64,000 nucleotides of DNA from Eledone cirrhosa (taxonomy: Eukaryota): NCBI GenBank assembly GCA_964016885.1, contig OZ024743.1, positions 62,868,001 to 62,932,000 on the forward strand. Reading direction: 5' to 3'. The notes beneath the pieces were generated by a model, which saw nothing but the letters and a program-made list of their open reading frames with translations, searched no databases and had not been told where the DNA came from. Position 1 is the stretch's first letter. Each line of letters starts with the position of its first letter. The translations under genes were made by a program, and so were the position numbers. Shown piece by piece: positions 25,733-40,016 of this stretch.

Positions 25733-27231
25733 AGGTTCAATGCAGTACAAGATGTTAAGAGTTAAACAATAGATAATTCTGTTGAAAATATAGTTGATAT
25801 TGACATCTTAATAGATAATACATGGACACCATGCAAACTTAATCCAACCCTGGATTCAGGTGTTCAAATCAAAACAGTTCTCTCTTAACACTGGTTGATT
25901 CTGTTGAAAATATTAGTTGATAATGACAAGACATGACGTGATAAATATGTTTGTAGATAATAGAGGCTTAATGAACAATGGGAAGATACAAATTCAAAAC
26001 AGCCACTCAAACTAAATCATGTGTGGCAGCATTTTATTTTTGCTCATATCCCCCTCTAGATATGTGTGTCTGTGTGTGAGTATAGTCCACACTGTAAAGT
26101 GGTCATGTAGGAGTCACAAGAAAAAGCGGCCAGTCCTCACTGTAAAGTGGTCATTTAGGTATCATGACAAAATGAACCCAACGCACATTGTAAATGTGGT
26201 TGCTGTTGGGAAGAGCACCCAGCCATAGAAACCAAGCAAAAATCAGTTCTGTGTGGGCAAAACAAGGTCCTCTGACTTGGCTTGTCTCACAATGGGATAG
26301 CTCATCTAACCCATGCTAGCATGGAAAATGGATGTTAAATGATGATGATGATGAAATATATATATATAAAATTAGTGCTGGCATCATTATAAAATGCACC
26401 CAGTACACTCTGTAAAGCACTAGAGATGGTGTCACAATAAAATACTTCCAGTACACTCTGTATGAGGTTTTGTGATAGGAAAGACATGCAATCATAGAAA
26501 CCATACCAAATATGGATTGTATGAGGAACATGTAGTGTCCCCAGCCCAACTAATCACAGATAATGACAACCCCTCCAACCTATGTTGGCATGGAATGCAT
26601 AATGATGATGATGGTTATAATAATAGAATAAGGGCTTAGAACAATGATGATGATGATTATAATGATAATCATCACACCATCATCACTGTTTTAAGCCTAT
26701 ATTCTATGATGGTATAGATTGGACTATATATATTTTTCTTAAAAAATGAAATTTACAGTTGACTCCTATGTAGGTTTAGCTGGCCTCTTATAAGGTTTCG
26801 CAGGTGTTTTAATGATAGGGCCCCCAACCTTATTATACTACACACTCATACACATAATGTCTAAAAGATGGTCCAAAATCTTTGGATCAGCTCAGACTCA
26901 AGGTGTTTTTCTCCTTTGATTCTCAAAATCTGCCCCCCCCCCCCCCCCCAACCTTCCTGAAATTGTGAAGTCTTAGTTGATTGAAGTTTCTTTCACTAAC
27001 CATGTTTAGAATTTAAGGTTGAGTGGTATGCGTGTGTGTGGTGTGTGTGAGTATGTGTGTATATGTGTGGTGTGTGTGTGTGCATATGTGTATACACATA
27101 GGTTTAGGTACAAACCAAGCAATAAACAGACATGGGAGTTGAGAATATTTATATTAATAGGTTGCCTGATTTTTGCATTACAAAATGGATTCATGGCTGT
27201 ATGTATGACCAGCTCATGCAGATGTAATCTA

Positions 27232-27263
<32 letters not shown>

Positions 27264-27619
27264 CAGTTGTCCCCTGGTATTCGTGGGGGTTACATTCCCA
27301 GAGCAACTGCGAAGGGTGAAAGACTGCGAATATTGGATGTGGTCCATAAAGATGCTGATAAACGTCAAAATCTAACGTAAAATATAATTAATAAAAGAGA
27401 GTCTTGTGCGCAGGGGCGTCCAATAGGCCAGCAAATACGGAATATTGTTGTTAATAATTTAGAGTCAAAAATATACATATTGACACGAAGAAAGCCAATA
27501 GAAAAAACCTTAGAAGATATTTACGATTCCGCTAATGTGCGGGGGTTTCCACCAACAATTATTAGGTTCTAAGGAAAATTCTGCGAATAACCAGGACCGC
27601 GAATGCTGGTGATTGACTG
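27264..27619. mobile_element. Tc1/mariner (Tigger-like) MITE
   Basis: TA|CAGTTGTCCCCTGGTATTCGTGG ... CCGCGAATGCTGGTGATTGACTG|TA, with a TA target-site duplication. Confidence 0.7.
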
Positions 27620-29500
27620 TATATATATCATCATCATCCTCTTCATTTAATGTCTATTTTCCATGCTAGCATGGGTTAGACAGGTTGTCCCATTGAGGTA
27701 AGTCAAGTTAGATGAATGTGTCTTGCTCATAGAGAACTGTTTCTGGCTTAGTTTCTACAGTTGGATGGCCTTCTGAATGTCAACCACATTTACTGTGTGT
27801 TGAATGCTTTTTGTTGTGACACCTACACAACTGCCTTATAGTGTGGGCTGGGTGATTTTTGTTGTGGCACCAAAATGACCACTTTATAGTGTGGACTGGT
27901 GACTGAGGTAGTGGGTGCAAAGGTATGGGGAAGGATGGGGTGATATATATTCATGTAACTGATGATGATATATAAAACATACTAATATGTTTACAATTAT
28001 GGTCATATGGCGAAATCAAAATTCCAACAAAAATAATTTCATTAAAAACAATACCCGTAATTTTTGCAAAATTCACAGCTCAAATAAAATTTAACCGATT
28101 TGATATGAACCTGTCTGGGACTGTTACTGATTCCATGATACAAAGCAATTCATTTCTATGTGCTTATCATCATTTCATCAACATTTCCGTTTAGTGTCAA
28201 TTCTTCCATGGGTTAGATGGGTCATCCATGCTGGGAAGCAAGTCTGGCCATGTCACACCTTGCTCCGGCAAGGAATATAAACTTGGCCAGGTATTTTACA
28301 GCTGGATGCCTTTCCTAACACCAACCACATTATATTTAAATTAAAACCCACATTATAGTTGCATGTATGAAACCCTTTCATTACCATATTCTCATTTTGA
28401 AAACCTTCCATCCACACACACACACTGTATTTAACTGGTAGTTATTTTATCAATTCCAGAAAAATGAAAGGTAAAAAACCTAGGTGGAATTTTATCTGAA
28501 AATGTAAAGAGCTGAAACTAAACTCTGCAAATATTAGTGGTGGTGGTGGTGATGATAATGATGATGATAATAATAATAATAAAATATAATATAACAGCTG
28601 AAGATGGTTGTAAAGCAACGAGACATAGAAAGCAACACAGACATCTAGAGGTGCAGTTATCAACATAAATAGCAGCCAAATTTAACCCATTTATTATCAT
28701 ATTTCTAATAAAAAATACCGCCTATGATTTGCAAATAATTTTGGAAATAATCAAGAATTTGGAGGGATTTAATAATATAACTTTCCCATTATTAAGCTGG
28801 TGTTTTGACATAACATAACAAAGGTTCTTACATAAAATTATGATGGAAGGTATTTATATAAATATAAACAAAATTAAAACAAACAGCTTTGCATAACATC
28901 AGAAGTAGATTTAGGCAGTTTGGTATAAAAAGGATTAAGATGGTAGAAAGAATATTTAATCTTTTTTTTGTATTAAATTTATTGAAATCTTCCCTGGTTC
29001 TACAATACAAAACTTTATTTTCAAAGTGCTTATATTTATCAAAAAAAATCTTCCATCATAATCTTAACTATAATAAAGTAAGGAGTGTAGGACTGCGTCC
29101 AGAATATATTTTTTAATCCCATTTGTAAAATAAGTTGGATTACTTTGAATAAATAATGAATGAATATTACATAATTTATCTACTAGATTTCGTTATTCTT
29201 GATTAAATATAAATAATTGTGTTGCTCATTTTAAGATTCACTTTTTAAAAATTTTCAAATGTCAACACTTCCGGTTAGCGATCACTTAAATAAATATTCA
29301 TATATTTCCGTCACTAATTTTCTCCTAATGCAGTTTATATATAATATCGTCTTTTTTTAAATGTACCATGGATTACGTTACTGATTACATAAGAGTGTAA
29401 CGCAGTCTTCGTTCAATTTCTGTGTATATTGTCAATTACGATTTTATTTGATGTATCATATCTACATGCATATATACTTGCATAAGATATCAATATACAG

Positions 29501-29556
29501 ACTACACATGCTAGCAGAAAACCACCTGAGGGTGGTTTTCTGCTAGCATGTGTAGT
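29501..29556. repeat. Perfect 26-bp inverted repeat, loop TGAG
   Basis: ACTACACATGCTAGCAGAAAACCACC-TGAG-GGTGGTTTTCTGCTAGCATGTGTAGT. Confidence 0.92.
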
Positions 29557-32419
29557 TATATTTCAAACACCAAATTAATTAAAAAGTTAGTTGCATTACT
29601 AAATTCCTTCAAATTATAAATTGTTTTCAAAATTATTTGAAAATCCTAGGCAATGTCTTTCATTAGAAATATGGTAACACAAGGGTTAAGTTTGTAAAAT
29701 GATGAAAAGAAAAGTGTGAAAGTGTGATAATGGAAAATAAGTAAAAGAAAAGAAAAAATACCAGTGCTTTAACTCCAGTTGCATATTAAAAAAAGAGAGA
29801 TAAATCTTTTTCTGGATAAAACCCTAGTCTATTACAGTCCTAGTTTTTAGAAAAGATCATACTCCTATACTGACAGATGTAATATGTATTTTGTTTAAAT
29901 ACTTAAATATCTGCAGTGTGTTTGGTCAGTTTGTTTCACTATTATTTACAAACATTGAATTTTATACAGACTATACATACATGCATCATATTTTATATCA
30001 TATTATACTGATGATGTTGAAATCATATCATGCTATATATACATGTGCGCGTGTACTGGGTGCATTTTTCTTGGCACCAGCACTAAAGAGGTAGTTATGT
30101 TGTGACTGGAGGGTCCTCCCAACTCTTTTGGCAAGGTTTCTATGGCTGGTAGCTTTTCCTAAGGCCAACCACTTTACAGAGTGTGCTGGGTGTATTTTAT
30201 CATGACACCAGCAATAGGGAGGTTGTCAGTCATAGACTCGACTGAAGAGCCCTCTCTACCCTATGGAGGGTGTAGGTGGAAATATTATGGAGGAAGTAAA
30301 AAGGATGATAGGTATAACATGGGTGACAAGAGGTGGAGGAAATGTCAAGTGCAATGTTGGAGGGCGTATTCATGTGATGATGGGAGTTGTGGAATTTGAC
30401 AGGGTAATGTAAGAGTAGGGAGATGTGGGATTGACCCTGAGTAAAGGGGGGGGGGGTATAGTGATTGTGAAAGCAGCTTCTAAAGAGGAACTGAGGTAAG
30501 TCAGGAGCATCAAGTCATATGTTTATGCTGACAGACGAGTCCTTCCAGTACTGCATGTCGCCAATTCTGTCATCTGTCATGAAATTCAGCTCCCTAAGGT
30601 TGGTCTTCACTATTTCATCCCATGTCTTCCAAGGTCTACCTCTTCCATGAGTCCTAACACAGATTTCTCTGCACTTCTTTATGCAGCTGTTATCTTTCAT
30701 AAACATCACATGTCCGTAATATCACAGATATCTCTATTGCACATGGCATTGGACTCGTTTCTAGGAAGGCAATAGCACTGAATAAGAATTGACTTGGACC
30801 CTGATAACCCAATCAACCCAATCAACTAATACCAGTGTGGAAAACAGAGACATAATGATGATTATGATTATTCCGTGTTATCTTACAAATAGGTTATTTG
30901 TTTCAGCTAACTTAGGTTACTAATTTAATAAAAGTGTTATATATAGTTTTTTTTGTTTTTTTTAAAAATGTGTTTAGAAAAGGAAAGAGTTGATCATCAG
31001 ATCTGAGCAAGGAAACAATGATTTCATTGGTCTTTTTATTGCTGATACGATCTGCTGGTCAAAATTCCTGGTAGAAAAAATCATGTGAAACAAAGTATTT
31101 CACTCAAGAACACAACTTGCCACCTAGTCCAGAAATTGAACCCATGACATTATAATTATGAGACTAACACTAACCACTAAGCCACATACTTTCATTAGCT
31201 GGTCTGTAGGTTACTGTGTGGGTAGTAGTGTATCTGTGTAAAGTAGAAGAGATTATCCTTAAATGGGAAGATAGGCTTTCAGCTCCTACTAGCAAATTAA
31301 TTAAAACTTGTCTAAAACAAAAGAAAACAATCACTCGGGCTGAGAATTCAATTAAAAGAAGTAACTAATGTATAATAAAGATGGAATTACAGAAAAATGA
31401 AAAGATGAGTTATATACAGTAATATGAGGGAGGGTTTTAAAAGAGACTATCAATACATCAATCTAAATTTTGTTAAATTTGAATGTAATAAAAATATCAT
31501 GGATCTTAAAAGAAGTATGATAAAGGGGAGGTAGAATTAAAAGGCATGATTTAACCTGATTATATTTGGCCAGAATTCTCTCACCTCTTTTTGTCCAAAC
31601 CGACTATAACTAGCCACTCATACCTACGTTAAGGTATTATTTTCAAAATAAATAATATCAAAATCTCATAGATTCAATATTATGTGAGATAATTATGTGA
31701 GGTAAAGCTTTCACTATAGAAATACAATAGTAAATATAGAGTAATGTAAATGCTAAAAAGTTAAGACATCTTTGAAAATGACAATTGTATCACATTAAAA
31801 ATTCAAGTTTTTACTAATACTAATACTGTGAATTTTCCCAAAAATTTGTCCTCTGGTAATGACCTTTGAATTAACAAGCCAGTTTATAGATATTATCTAC
31901 CAAATCATTACAAAAGCTCAAGAGTTAAGTACTGATACTAATTATAATAATAAAAATGAAGTAATTGTGGTATTAATAAGTAAAATATCGGGGTGGAGGA
32001 ATAAAAATAAGAGTCAGTAAATATATAATGTAATAATCAAGCATCTATTTACACTAAAGTATATAGCTAAAAGTAGATGATAAGCAATAGTAATAGAATA
32101 ACTAGGTTGCAGCTAATAGGGAAATGATTGGTAGGAAGCAATAGGTGAAGATATTAGTGAAATTAGATATATGATAAAGTGAAATTAGATATATGAGAAT
32201 GCTTGGTTAATCAATATGTATAATGTTGATAAAGGAGCAGATTATGATAAAATTAGTAGCAGCGTCCATGAACATATAGATGCATTTATAAATATGTGTA
32301 AATATTTAAGATTAGTGTAAGTAAAGGTAAAACAGAAAATGGGAAAATGCAAAACTAATAAATAATAGTTTATAAGAAACTAATAAAAAAAAAAAGAAGA
32401 ATTGTAAACTATACATTCA

Positions 32420-32491
32420 TCAACATGTTTCAGAGTAAGATGATGATTTCAGTAAAGTGATGATCAGTTCTATTATTTCACATATATTTTC
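32420..32491 (-). CDS. scrib: Candidate distal terminal exon of scribble (ENICEIIELIITLLKSSSYSETC*)
   Basis: Acceptor TTCCTATTCTTAATAG|. Phase 0 matches a GAG|GTAGGG donor at 34680. A long T-rich, UTR-like tract follows on the minus strand. Confidence 0.35.
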   Translation of the reverse strand, partial: ENICEIIELIITLLKSSSYSETC

Positions 32492-32653
32492 CTATTAAGA
32501 ATAGGAAATAATTTGAAAATATTTGTAGGCTTAGAAAATTTTGTGGTTTTAACCTTCTGGGTGCTGTTGGTAACATAACTCATCTATAGAGAAATCTCCC
32601 CTTAATATATAATGCAATGTCAAGGGAAGCAATTCATAAAAAAATTTAGCATC

Positions 32654-32880
32654 CTAAAGATTAAAATATCTGTTAAGGTGTCCATGGTAAAGAATATTCC
32701 ATAGGCCTCTATAGTATAATGGTTGCAGGATTTTATGCCTAATGTAATTAGCTGTTAGTGCATTACATTGGTACACTATATCCTTAGCCAAGCAGTTATA
32801 GATCAAAGGGCAAATAGAAGGGTTAGTACAGTTAGAATTATAAGGAGGAGGTGATAGCAATATTAGTTTGGTAGAATTTA
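32654..32880 (-). mobile_element. Penelope GIY-YIG remnant
   Basis: SNCTNPSICPLIYNCLAKDIVYQC parallels the motif of the ORF at 5793. Confidence 0.55.
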
Positions 32881-32913
32881 ACTATGTTAGAGAAAGCAAT
32901 AGCTTGGGCTTAA

Positions 32914-33134
32914 CCCTTTAGCATTCAAACCGGCCATATCTGGCCAGAAATGTCTCCCCTCTTTCTGTTCAAATTGGCTGTAACTGGCCATGCATACTGA
33001 TGTTAAGGTATTGTTCTGAAGATAAATAACATCAAAATCTCATAGATTCAATATTATATGAGATAATTATGTAAGATAAAGTGTTTACTACCAAAATACA
33101 ATGGTATATATAGAGTAATGTGAATGCTAAAGGG
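32914..33134. mobile_element. piggyBac-type MITE (TTAA TSD); related copies at about 31551-31764 and 47000-47224
   Basis: TTAA|CCCTTTAGCATTCA ... TGAATGCTAAAGGG|TTAA. A second AT-rich TTAACCC...GGGTTAA family recurs throughout the window. Confidence 0.8.
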
Positions 33135-34607
33135 TTAAGTTAGATGTGGTGGAGTATGAGATTTTAATGATACTCATCATCATAATCATTTTTATGTCTG
33201 TTTTTTCCATTCTAGTATGGGTTGGATGAGTCTTCTCCAGTACAGCTTCTCACCACTTGTCATAGTCACTTGTCTGCTTTGTGAGATTTAGCATCCTGAG
33301 ATCAGCATATCTTCCTATTTTGCAGGTTCACTCTGCTTGGAGTGTTCAGCATTTTTGTTATCCTCTACATGAATCACATGTCAATCCATGCCAGTAAAAT
33401 CTCCTCTCTTGCATCTGATTCCTGTTATAGTTTTGTTTCTCTCACACCACAATAGACAACATTTGAGCAAAGAATCAACAGAATCTGACCTAACTGTCAT
33501 TCTTCATATGCATTATGTGTCCATATCAGCACAATCTTCTCTCTTGCGCACTACATATATTTTTATCTCAGCTCATCTGTGCTCAATCACTTCTGCATGC
33601 TAACCTTGCAGCCAGCGTACCTTATATAGTATGTATATGATTGTACTTGGTTTAGCATGGCACACCATATTCCTGTGTGTCATTAAAGGTAAGTAAAAGT
33701 CTTGGTACCAAGAAGAGCATATGACCACAAAACATTGCTTCAAAAAGGTCTCTTGAGAGCCTAACCCCAGTGTTAGCAGGGAAAATGAGCCTTAAAATGC
33801 TTGTCCTGTTGTACAATCAAGACTAACTATATTTCTAAAACTATCAGAGACCAGTTTAGTTTTGTATATCTAAATGTTCATTGCCATGAGTCCATAGGGC
33901 CATTAATTCCTGATGGAGCCATTCTGGGTGCTATAGTGATGTACAGCATCTTAGGCACTTAAAGCCAGTGAAGCTTATCCCTCACTAGGTCTGATTACAG
34001 TTGATTTCTTCCAAAGAAAGAGAGAGTGAGATGAGGTGAGAAAAAGATATAGAGAAAGAATCAACCGTTTTACTCAAAAGGAAACAGGCAAAGGAGACCC
34101 AGAGCAAAGCAGTTGGATAACATCCATGAGCTTGGCTGGTGTCACTTAGGAATCAAGCTGGATTAATTCAAGACAGTTGCTTCTGGCAGGACGTGCTGGT
34201 AGGTGGGCTTGAGGACTCTGCTCCCACAACCCTCCCAGGAATAAATGGACAAAGAAGAAGAACCCCAAAAGGATGAAATGCAGAACTGACTTTGTTGGGA
34301 TTTGAGTTTAAATCTCAGAGAGCTGGAATGTCTACCATGAAGCATTCTATTCAATGTTCTAACAACTCTGCCAATTTCCTTCTTTGGTGTCAAAATACAC
34401 CTTAGTTTTAATTTATGTAACTTAGAAAGAAATCTCCTGTTTTAATTAACTGGAGGTGAATTTAATGACATAACCAAGAATGGTGCTGTGGTAGAAGAAA
34501 CTGAGAGCTCTTAGGGAGAAAATAAGCAGAAAACAGGAAGAGTTCTTTCCAAAGAAAACAAAAACCAAAATAAAAACTTAAAAGTAACCAAAGCCAAAAC
34601 CAGAATG

Positions 34608-34889
34608 TTAACTAAGTGTGTCACTGCATTGCACCACATGGTACTCTGTGGTACTATGTGGTGTCGTGTGGCACCCTACCTCATGCTCTAATGTTTTTTC
34701 AGTAATTCTAAATGTTTTTAAGACAGGTTTCCCTAAATTTTCATCGAAAACCTCTTCTGTGAGTTCTGACACTTTTTGATCAATCATGTGGGTTGATCTG
34801 CGTACGGTAGTATCCCGTTTCCCTTTCTGGACAGTTAACTGTCCCCGAAGTATAACTTGGTCAGTAAGTGTCTCGGGTTCTGTGGTTGA
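34608..34889 (-). CDS. scrib: scribble exon (STTEPETL...TEEVFDENLGKPVLKTFRITEKTLEHE); terminal, or spliced at 34680
   Basis: Acceptor CTTCTTCAG|, phase 0, in frame with the previous exon. It reads to TAA at 34608; an internal GTAGGG donor follows 34680. Confidence 0.72.
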   Translation of the reverse strand, partial: STTEPETLTDQVILRGQLTVQKGKRDTTVRRSTHMIDQKVSELTEEVFDENLGKPVLKTFRITEKTLEHEVGCHTTPHSTTEYHVVQCSDTLS

Positions 34890-36695
34890 CTGAAGAAGGA
34901 CAAAGTAATTCACCATCAAGTTGGGTTAGTAATGGGTTTTAAACAACAAAACAATGTTAATGACGACAAACAACAAGAACATGTTAGAAAACATTAGTGA
35001 CAAAAAAACAAAACAAAAAAAAACCACTCTTTAGATTAGATTTCCTATAAGGGTTGTAATATATTTACACTGGTTTAACCCCTTTGGTTCCAAACTGTCT
35101 CAAACTGTCCCTGGTTCTATGATATCTATCTAAGGTGTTTATCAGTATCATAATAATTTTATGTCAACTCTCCATGCTGGCATGGGTTGAACAGGTTGTC
35201 ACAGTCAGAGATCAGATAAGATGGAAAGAACTCATCTTGTTCATATGTTCCATATTTGGCATGGTTTCTACAGTAGGATACCCTTCATAATGCCTGGCAC
35301 CCTATAGAGTGTACTAGGTGAACCTTTTGTGGAAGCAGCATTACCACTTTACAGAATGAATTGGGTGCATTTCATCTATCTAAAAACCTCCTTCATAATT
35401 TTATGAAAATGAAATAAAATTTACAGCTCCATCAAATACAGGTTCAGCTGGCCTTCAATGTGATTGTATCTCATAGGAGATTTCTCAGGTGTTTTAATAA
35501 TACAGGTTACAGTCTTATTGTGAAAAGCAATAAAAAATTAAGTGTCTTGCTTAAGAACACACATGCCACCCAGTCCATGAATTGAACCCATAACTTTATG
35601 AAAGTGAGGCCAACACTCTAATGTGACAGTGGCTGAGCATTCCACAAACATATACACCCTCAATGTAGTTCTCAGGGAGATTCAGTGTGTGACAAAACTT
35701 GTCCCTTGAATTTCAGATACAATTCCCTTTTGCCTGCTGTGTGAACTGGAGCAATGTAAAATCAAGTGTCTCACTCAATTACACACCAGGAATTGAAGTC
35801 ATTGCTTTATGGTCATGAACTGAACACCCTAACCACTAAGCTACATGCTTTCACTATTTTGTCCAATGTTTTATCTTACTTTTGAATTATTAGTAATGTA
35901 GGAGGTTTGAAGTAGGTAGGCTTAGCTTTGTGTGTATATCTTATTTTTACACCCCAACCTGCCCAGAGTAAGTCAGGACCCAGAACTCTTGGAACCACAA
36001 AGAAAATGGACTCTTTGTTGTGATGTTTGGAGTAGTATGTACACCTGCAACCATGAAATATTACCACTTTTTTAGTTTCATCACACAGAAGGTGTAGTAT
36101 AGGTGTAAGCAGTCACCATTCTTTGGTCACTTATGCTGTTGTGTCCTATGCTGGAGTGCAGCTATTCTGTAGCTGACTAAGACTAACCAGCCCTGTACAC
36201 CATAAGCATCATAACAACAATAATAGGTGAATCTAGAAATAACCCGTGCTGACCCACCAAATGAAAAGTGGTATTGCATAGAAGAGGTAGCTTAGAATAC
36301 AATGTCTAAGGGGGTCTAAAGTTAGAAATCTATAAGACTTAACCCTTTTGATACCAACAAGACTAAACTGGCCTTGGTTTAAAGAGATCCTCTTATTACA
36401 ACTTAATTAAACAAATAATTTGAGTAGACCCTTCAAAATAAAGTGGATTTCATTAGATATATGGCCAGAAAGGGGTTAAGCAATGCAATTTGTCAAATGT
36501 TTTGACAATGTTTGTTAAGAGGAGAAGCACTTTGTTAGAAAATATAGTGTGCAAACATACAGTTGTGGGGGTTAATTGGTTAATCTTAGTTTGTTAATCA
36601 TGTTTATGAACAGAGCAAATGTGATGTGATGTTCTGGATATGAACCACTCCAGAAAGCAGAACAGAATTAAAGATGAGGAGAGATATTGGCTTAC

Positions 36696-36751
36696 CATGT
36701 GGTTACTATCACCATTCTGAGTACTGCCAGACTCTTCTGAAGAATCAGCAT
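36696..36751 (-). CDS. scrib: scribble exon (D-ADSSEESGSTQNGDSNHM)
   Basis: ATTACAG|...|GTAAGC; 56 nt, phase 1 to 0, fits both neighbours. Confidence 0.75.
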
Positions 36752-37050
36752 CTGTAATAGAGATACACACATACATTCTGGTTAGCTTTGCTTCTGGTTT
36801 GAACAGTGCCTCTTAATGACTTTACAGTAGCTAACAAAACATGAATAATTGCAATGACACTGATTGTGGTAATGGTAATGTGTAATTTAAAGGTAAAACG
36901 CTGAAACTTGCAAAATAATGATTACCCCTTTCTTTCCATATTTTCAACAAAGACACTGCCTATGATTTTCAAATAATTTTGAAAATAGTCAAGAATTTAG
37001 AGGAGAATTTAATAATATTACTAACTTTTTAATTATTAAGTTGGGGTTTT

Positions 37051-37345
37051 GAGCACACCAGCCCAGGCTCTGCTGCCCGCCAAGTATTGGCCACTCTCTG
37101 ATAGGTTTGCGGTAGAAACTGTAGCAGTGGAGACTTCCAGTGTTCTTGGTTCCTGGACCACATCCCTACTCACTGCTACAGGGGTGGAGTTGGCTGCCTG
37201 CAGGTGCAAGCCCCGCGAGGTGGAGCGGCTGTTTCAGCACGTCTGTCTCGCCGTTCTCTGGGGCAATGCATTCTCCAGAGGCGGAGGGTAAGTTAGTTGG
37301 TAGTGGAGGATACTTGTTTGGACATCACTTCAACAACTAAAGTAT
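37051..37345 (+). mobile_element. CRE-clade RLE remnant
   Basis: AKYWPLSDRF...VAVETSSVLG...REVERLFQHVCLAVLWGNA. Confidence 0.7.
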
Positions 37346-38287
37346 ATTTACATATGAAGTAAAAACTACTTAGTGTTCTATGCATATCAATGCATGATAC
37401 ACAAAATCTGACACTAATACTTAATTAATTGATCTTACATAAAATTATGATCGTAGGATTTGAGATAAATATAAACACTGTAGAACCAGGGTTGGTTTCA
37501 AGTGGTTTGGTAAAAAAAAAAAAGGGTAAAGATAATGATTTGAATTTTCTAACATAATTTGATATAAAAATCCTCTCCTTGTTATGTTACAAATATCATT
37601 TTAATAATGGTTTCTAGCAGTAACTAGTTTAGGCCAGTAATTTAGAAGAGAAGGAGAAATTTGATTAGATAACCCTAGTATTTGACTGGTACTTTATTTT
37701 ATCGACCTTGGAAGGATGAAAGGCAAAGTTGACCTCAATGGAATTTGAACTCAGAACATAAAGAGCCAGAAAAATGTTGCAAAACCATTTGTCCAATGCT
37801 CTAATGGTTTTGCCAATCTACCACACTTAACACTATCACAATAATAATAAAATAATTAAACATTCTAGTAACTTTTTCCAAATTCTCCATTAATTAATTG
37901 AAATGCAGTGTATTTCATTAGACATATAGTTGCAAAAAAGGTTAAAATATACTATTTGGTAGCTCAAAAAGCTAGGTCATATCCAATAGAGTTTAAAAAC
38001 TAGGTCATATTTAACACTAGAAACAAACTGTCCAGTGTAACACTGACTACATGCAGATAAGATTAAAATTAGTGTTGGATTAGGTTAGTGCAGAGCCTGT
38101 AGCATATACTATAAAGGAGCCCCAAATTTTAAAAACATGTGACTTAAAGGTTAAAGGCAGTATTATAGTAAATAGCATTTAGTGTAAGGCCCCCTAGCAA
38201 ATGCTACTCTTGCTACTAGGTTAATCCAACACTGATTAAAACGAGTTATTTTTAAAAAGCCAGTTAATAATTAAGGCAGTTACATAC

Positions 38288-38424
38288 CAGCAAATGCAAT
38301 ATCTAGAGTGGAATGAGGGTTGACCTTGTATTTTGGGTCTTGACCCGACATATTTTGAGACAACTCGTTAGCTCTCTCAATCACAGCCTTTGCCTTCAGT
38401 GCGTCAGCTTCTAAAGACTTCATT
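38288..38424 (-). CDS. scrib: scribble exon (R-MKSLEADALKAKAVIERANEL...DIAFA)
   Basis: CCTTACAG|...|GTATGT; 137 nt, phase 2 to 1. It matches the Scribble motif RMKSLExDAL(K/R)A. Confidence 0.9.
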
Positions 38425-39370
38425 CTGTAAGGGGTGTTAATACGGTGGGTATTATAACAGGGTATTATAACAAGGTTAAAACAGAGAGCAGATTGATTTA
38501 CAAGCCAAGTTAACCCTTTCAATACTGCAAGGACATATAAATCCAAAAATAAAGTTTGCATTCTACAGAATTTTTTTTCCAACATTTACCATAATTTCTC
38601 ATTTTTCTCATTTTTATTGCTAATCATACTGAGCAATGTAGATACTACTGGGATAAAGTTATCCCCATTCATAATACTGTTAAAACAAAAGTGTCCCATG
38701 TGAAGATTTAAAAAAAATGCACATAAAAATGCATATTACTCATTTAATTTGATAAAAATTAACCATTCATAATTAAAAACAAACTATAATTTAAAAAAAA
38801 ATCAGTATTGAAAAGGTTAAGATATATATAGTAATACAGCTGGATAGAGTGGGGATGAGTGGGTAGTTTGGATTGGTTATGAAATATGGTAAAATTTTAC
38901 TAAAGAGCCAATAATAGCATGCATGAATAAGGTGGTTGTGCACATGCAAACACTCAATTTCAGGCACCACAGAGCTGATTTTACATAGGCAGTGATAATA
39001 GAAACGTGTGTGCACGTCTACATAATATCATCATCGTTGTTTTAACGTCTGCTTTCCCAGCTAGCACATATATATATATTTATACAATTTCTTTTTCAAC
39101 TCATATTATATTCATATTTGTGGTCACACATACACAAATATACTTGCCTTCATATATCTACTTACGCACACATTTTCACCATACACATGCATTTGTACAT
39201 ATACACATATGTACATTTGTGAGTGTATATACATACATATACACATACCCTAACTATATTTCCTTATTTTTTTATATATCACTTGCATTACTTTTATTTA
39301 TACATTTTTTTGCCCGTTAAACTCTTGCCTTTCTTGAGGAGATTTTTCAAATATTTCACTATGTTTTAAA

Positions 39371-39441
39371 TTGCCTTGTCCGATGAATGAATGAGGACGT
39401 TTTTCGTATTCTTATTCGGGAAACCTCTGGTAATGAGGTAA
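39371..39441 (+). ncRNA. Minimal type I hammerhead ribozyme, slightly degenerate
   Basis: Stem I TTGCCTTGT/ATGAGGTAA; CCGATGA core (U4 to C); stem II GAATGAGGA/TTCTTATTC; GAAA; CCTCTGG; GTA cleavage triplet. Confidence 0.65.
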
Positions 39442-39976
39442 TTATATTGTATTGTTTATTATACATTATATATCATCATCCTCGTTTAACGTCCACTTTC
39501 CACGCTAGCATGGGTTAGACGGGAGTTGTCCCACTTGAAGCAAGGTTGGTCGGGTGACCGTGTCTCGCTCATATAGGACTATCTGGCAGGTTTTCTACGG
39601 CTGGAAGCCCTTCCTAACACCAACCACATTTACAGTGTGGAACTGGGAACTTTTTACTGTGTTAACTACACGGCCACATTACAGCGTTGACTGTGTGTTT
39701 TTTTCTTGTGTCACGATCTCGATCTCATTTATTTGGACTGGATGTTGTGGTACCAACCTTATAGAGAGGGAGTGGTATTGGTGGGAGTGGGAGGATAGGG
39801 TAGGGGTAGTGGATTGGGGTGTATATTTGGTTAAGAGGTGCCTACTGACTGTAGGTTTCGCTTTGTACATAGGCAAGGCGGGTTTTCTGTATTACTGCGT
39901 AGGGCCAAAGATCTCGGTCCAGTGACATTGTCTTAGAGAGGTGCAAGTGTGTAAGGTCGGAATTTATCAGATCGTC

Positions 39977-40016
<40 letters not shown>

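Noticed and set aside
28598-28630. Hammerhead-like CTGAAGATGGTTG..CAACGAGA
   Set aside because: The GAAA box is mutated and no stem I or III is found.
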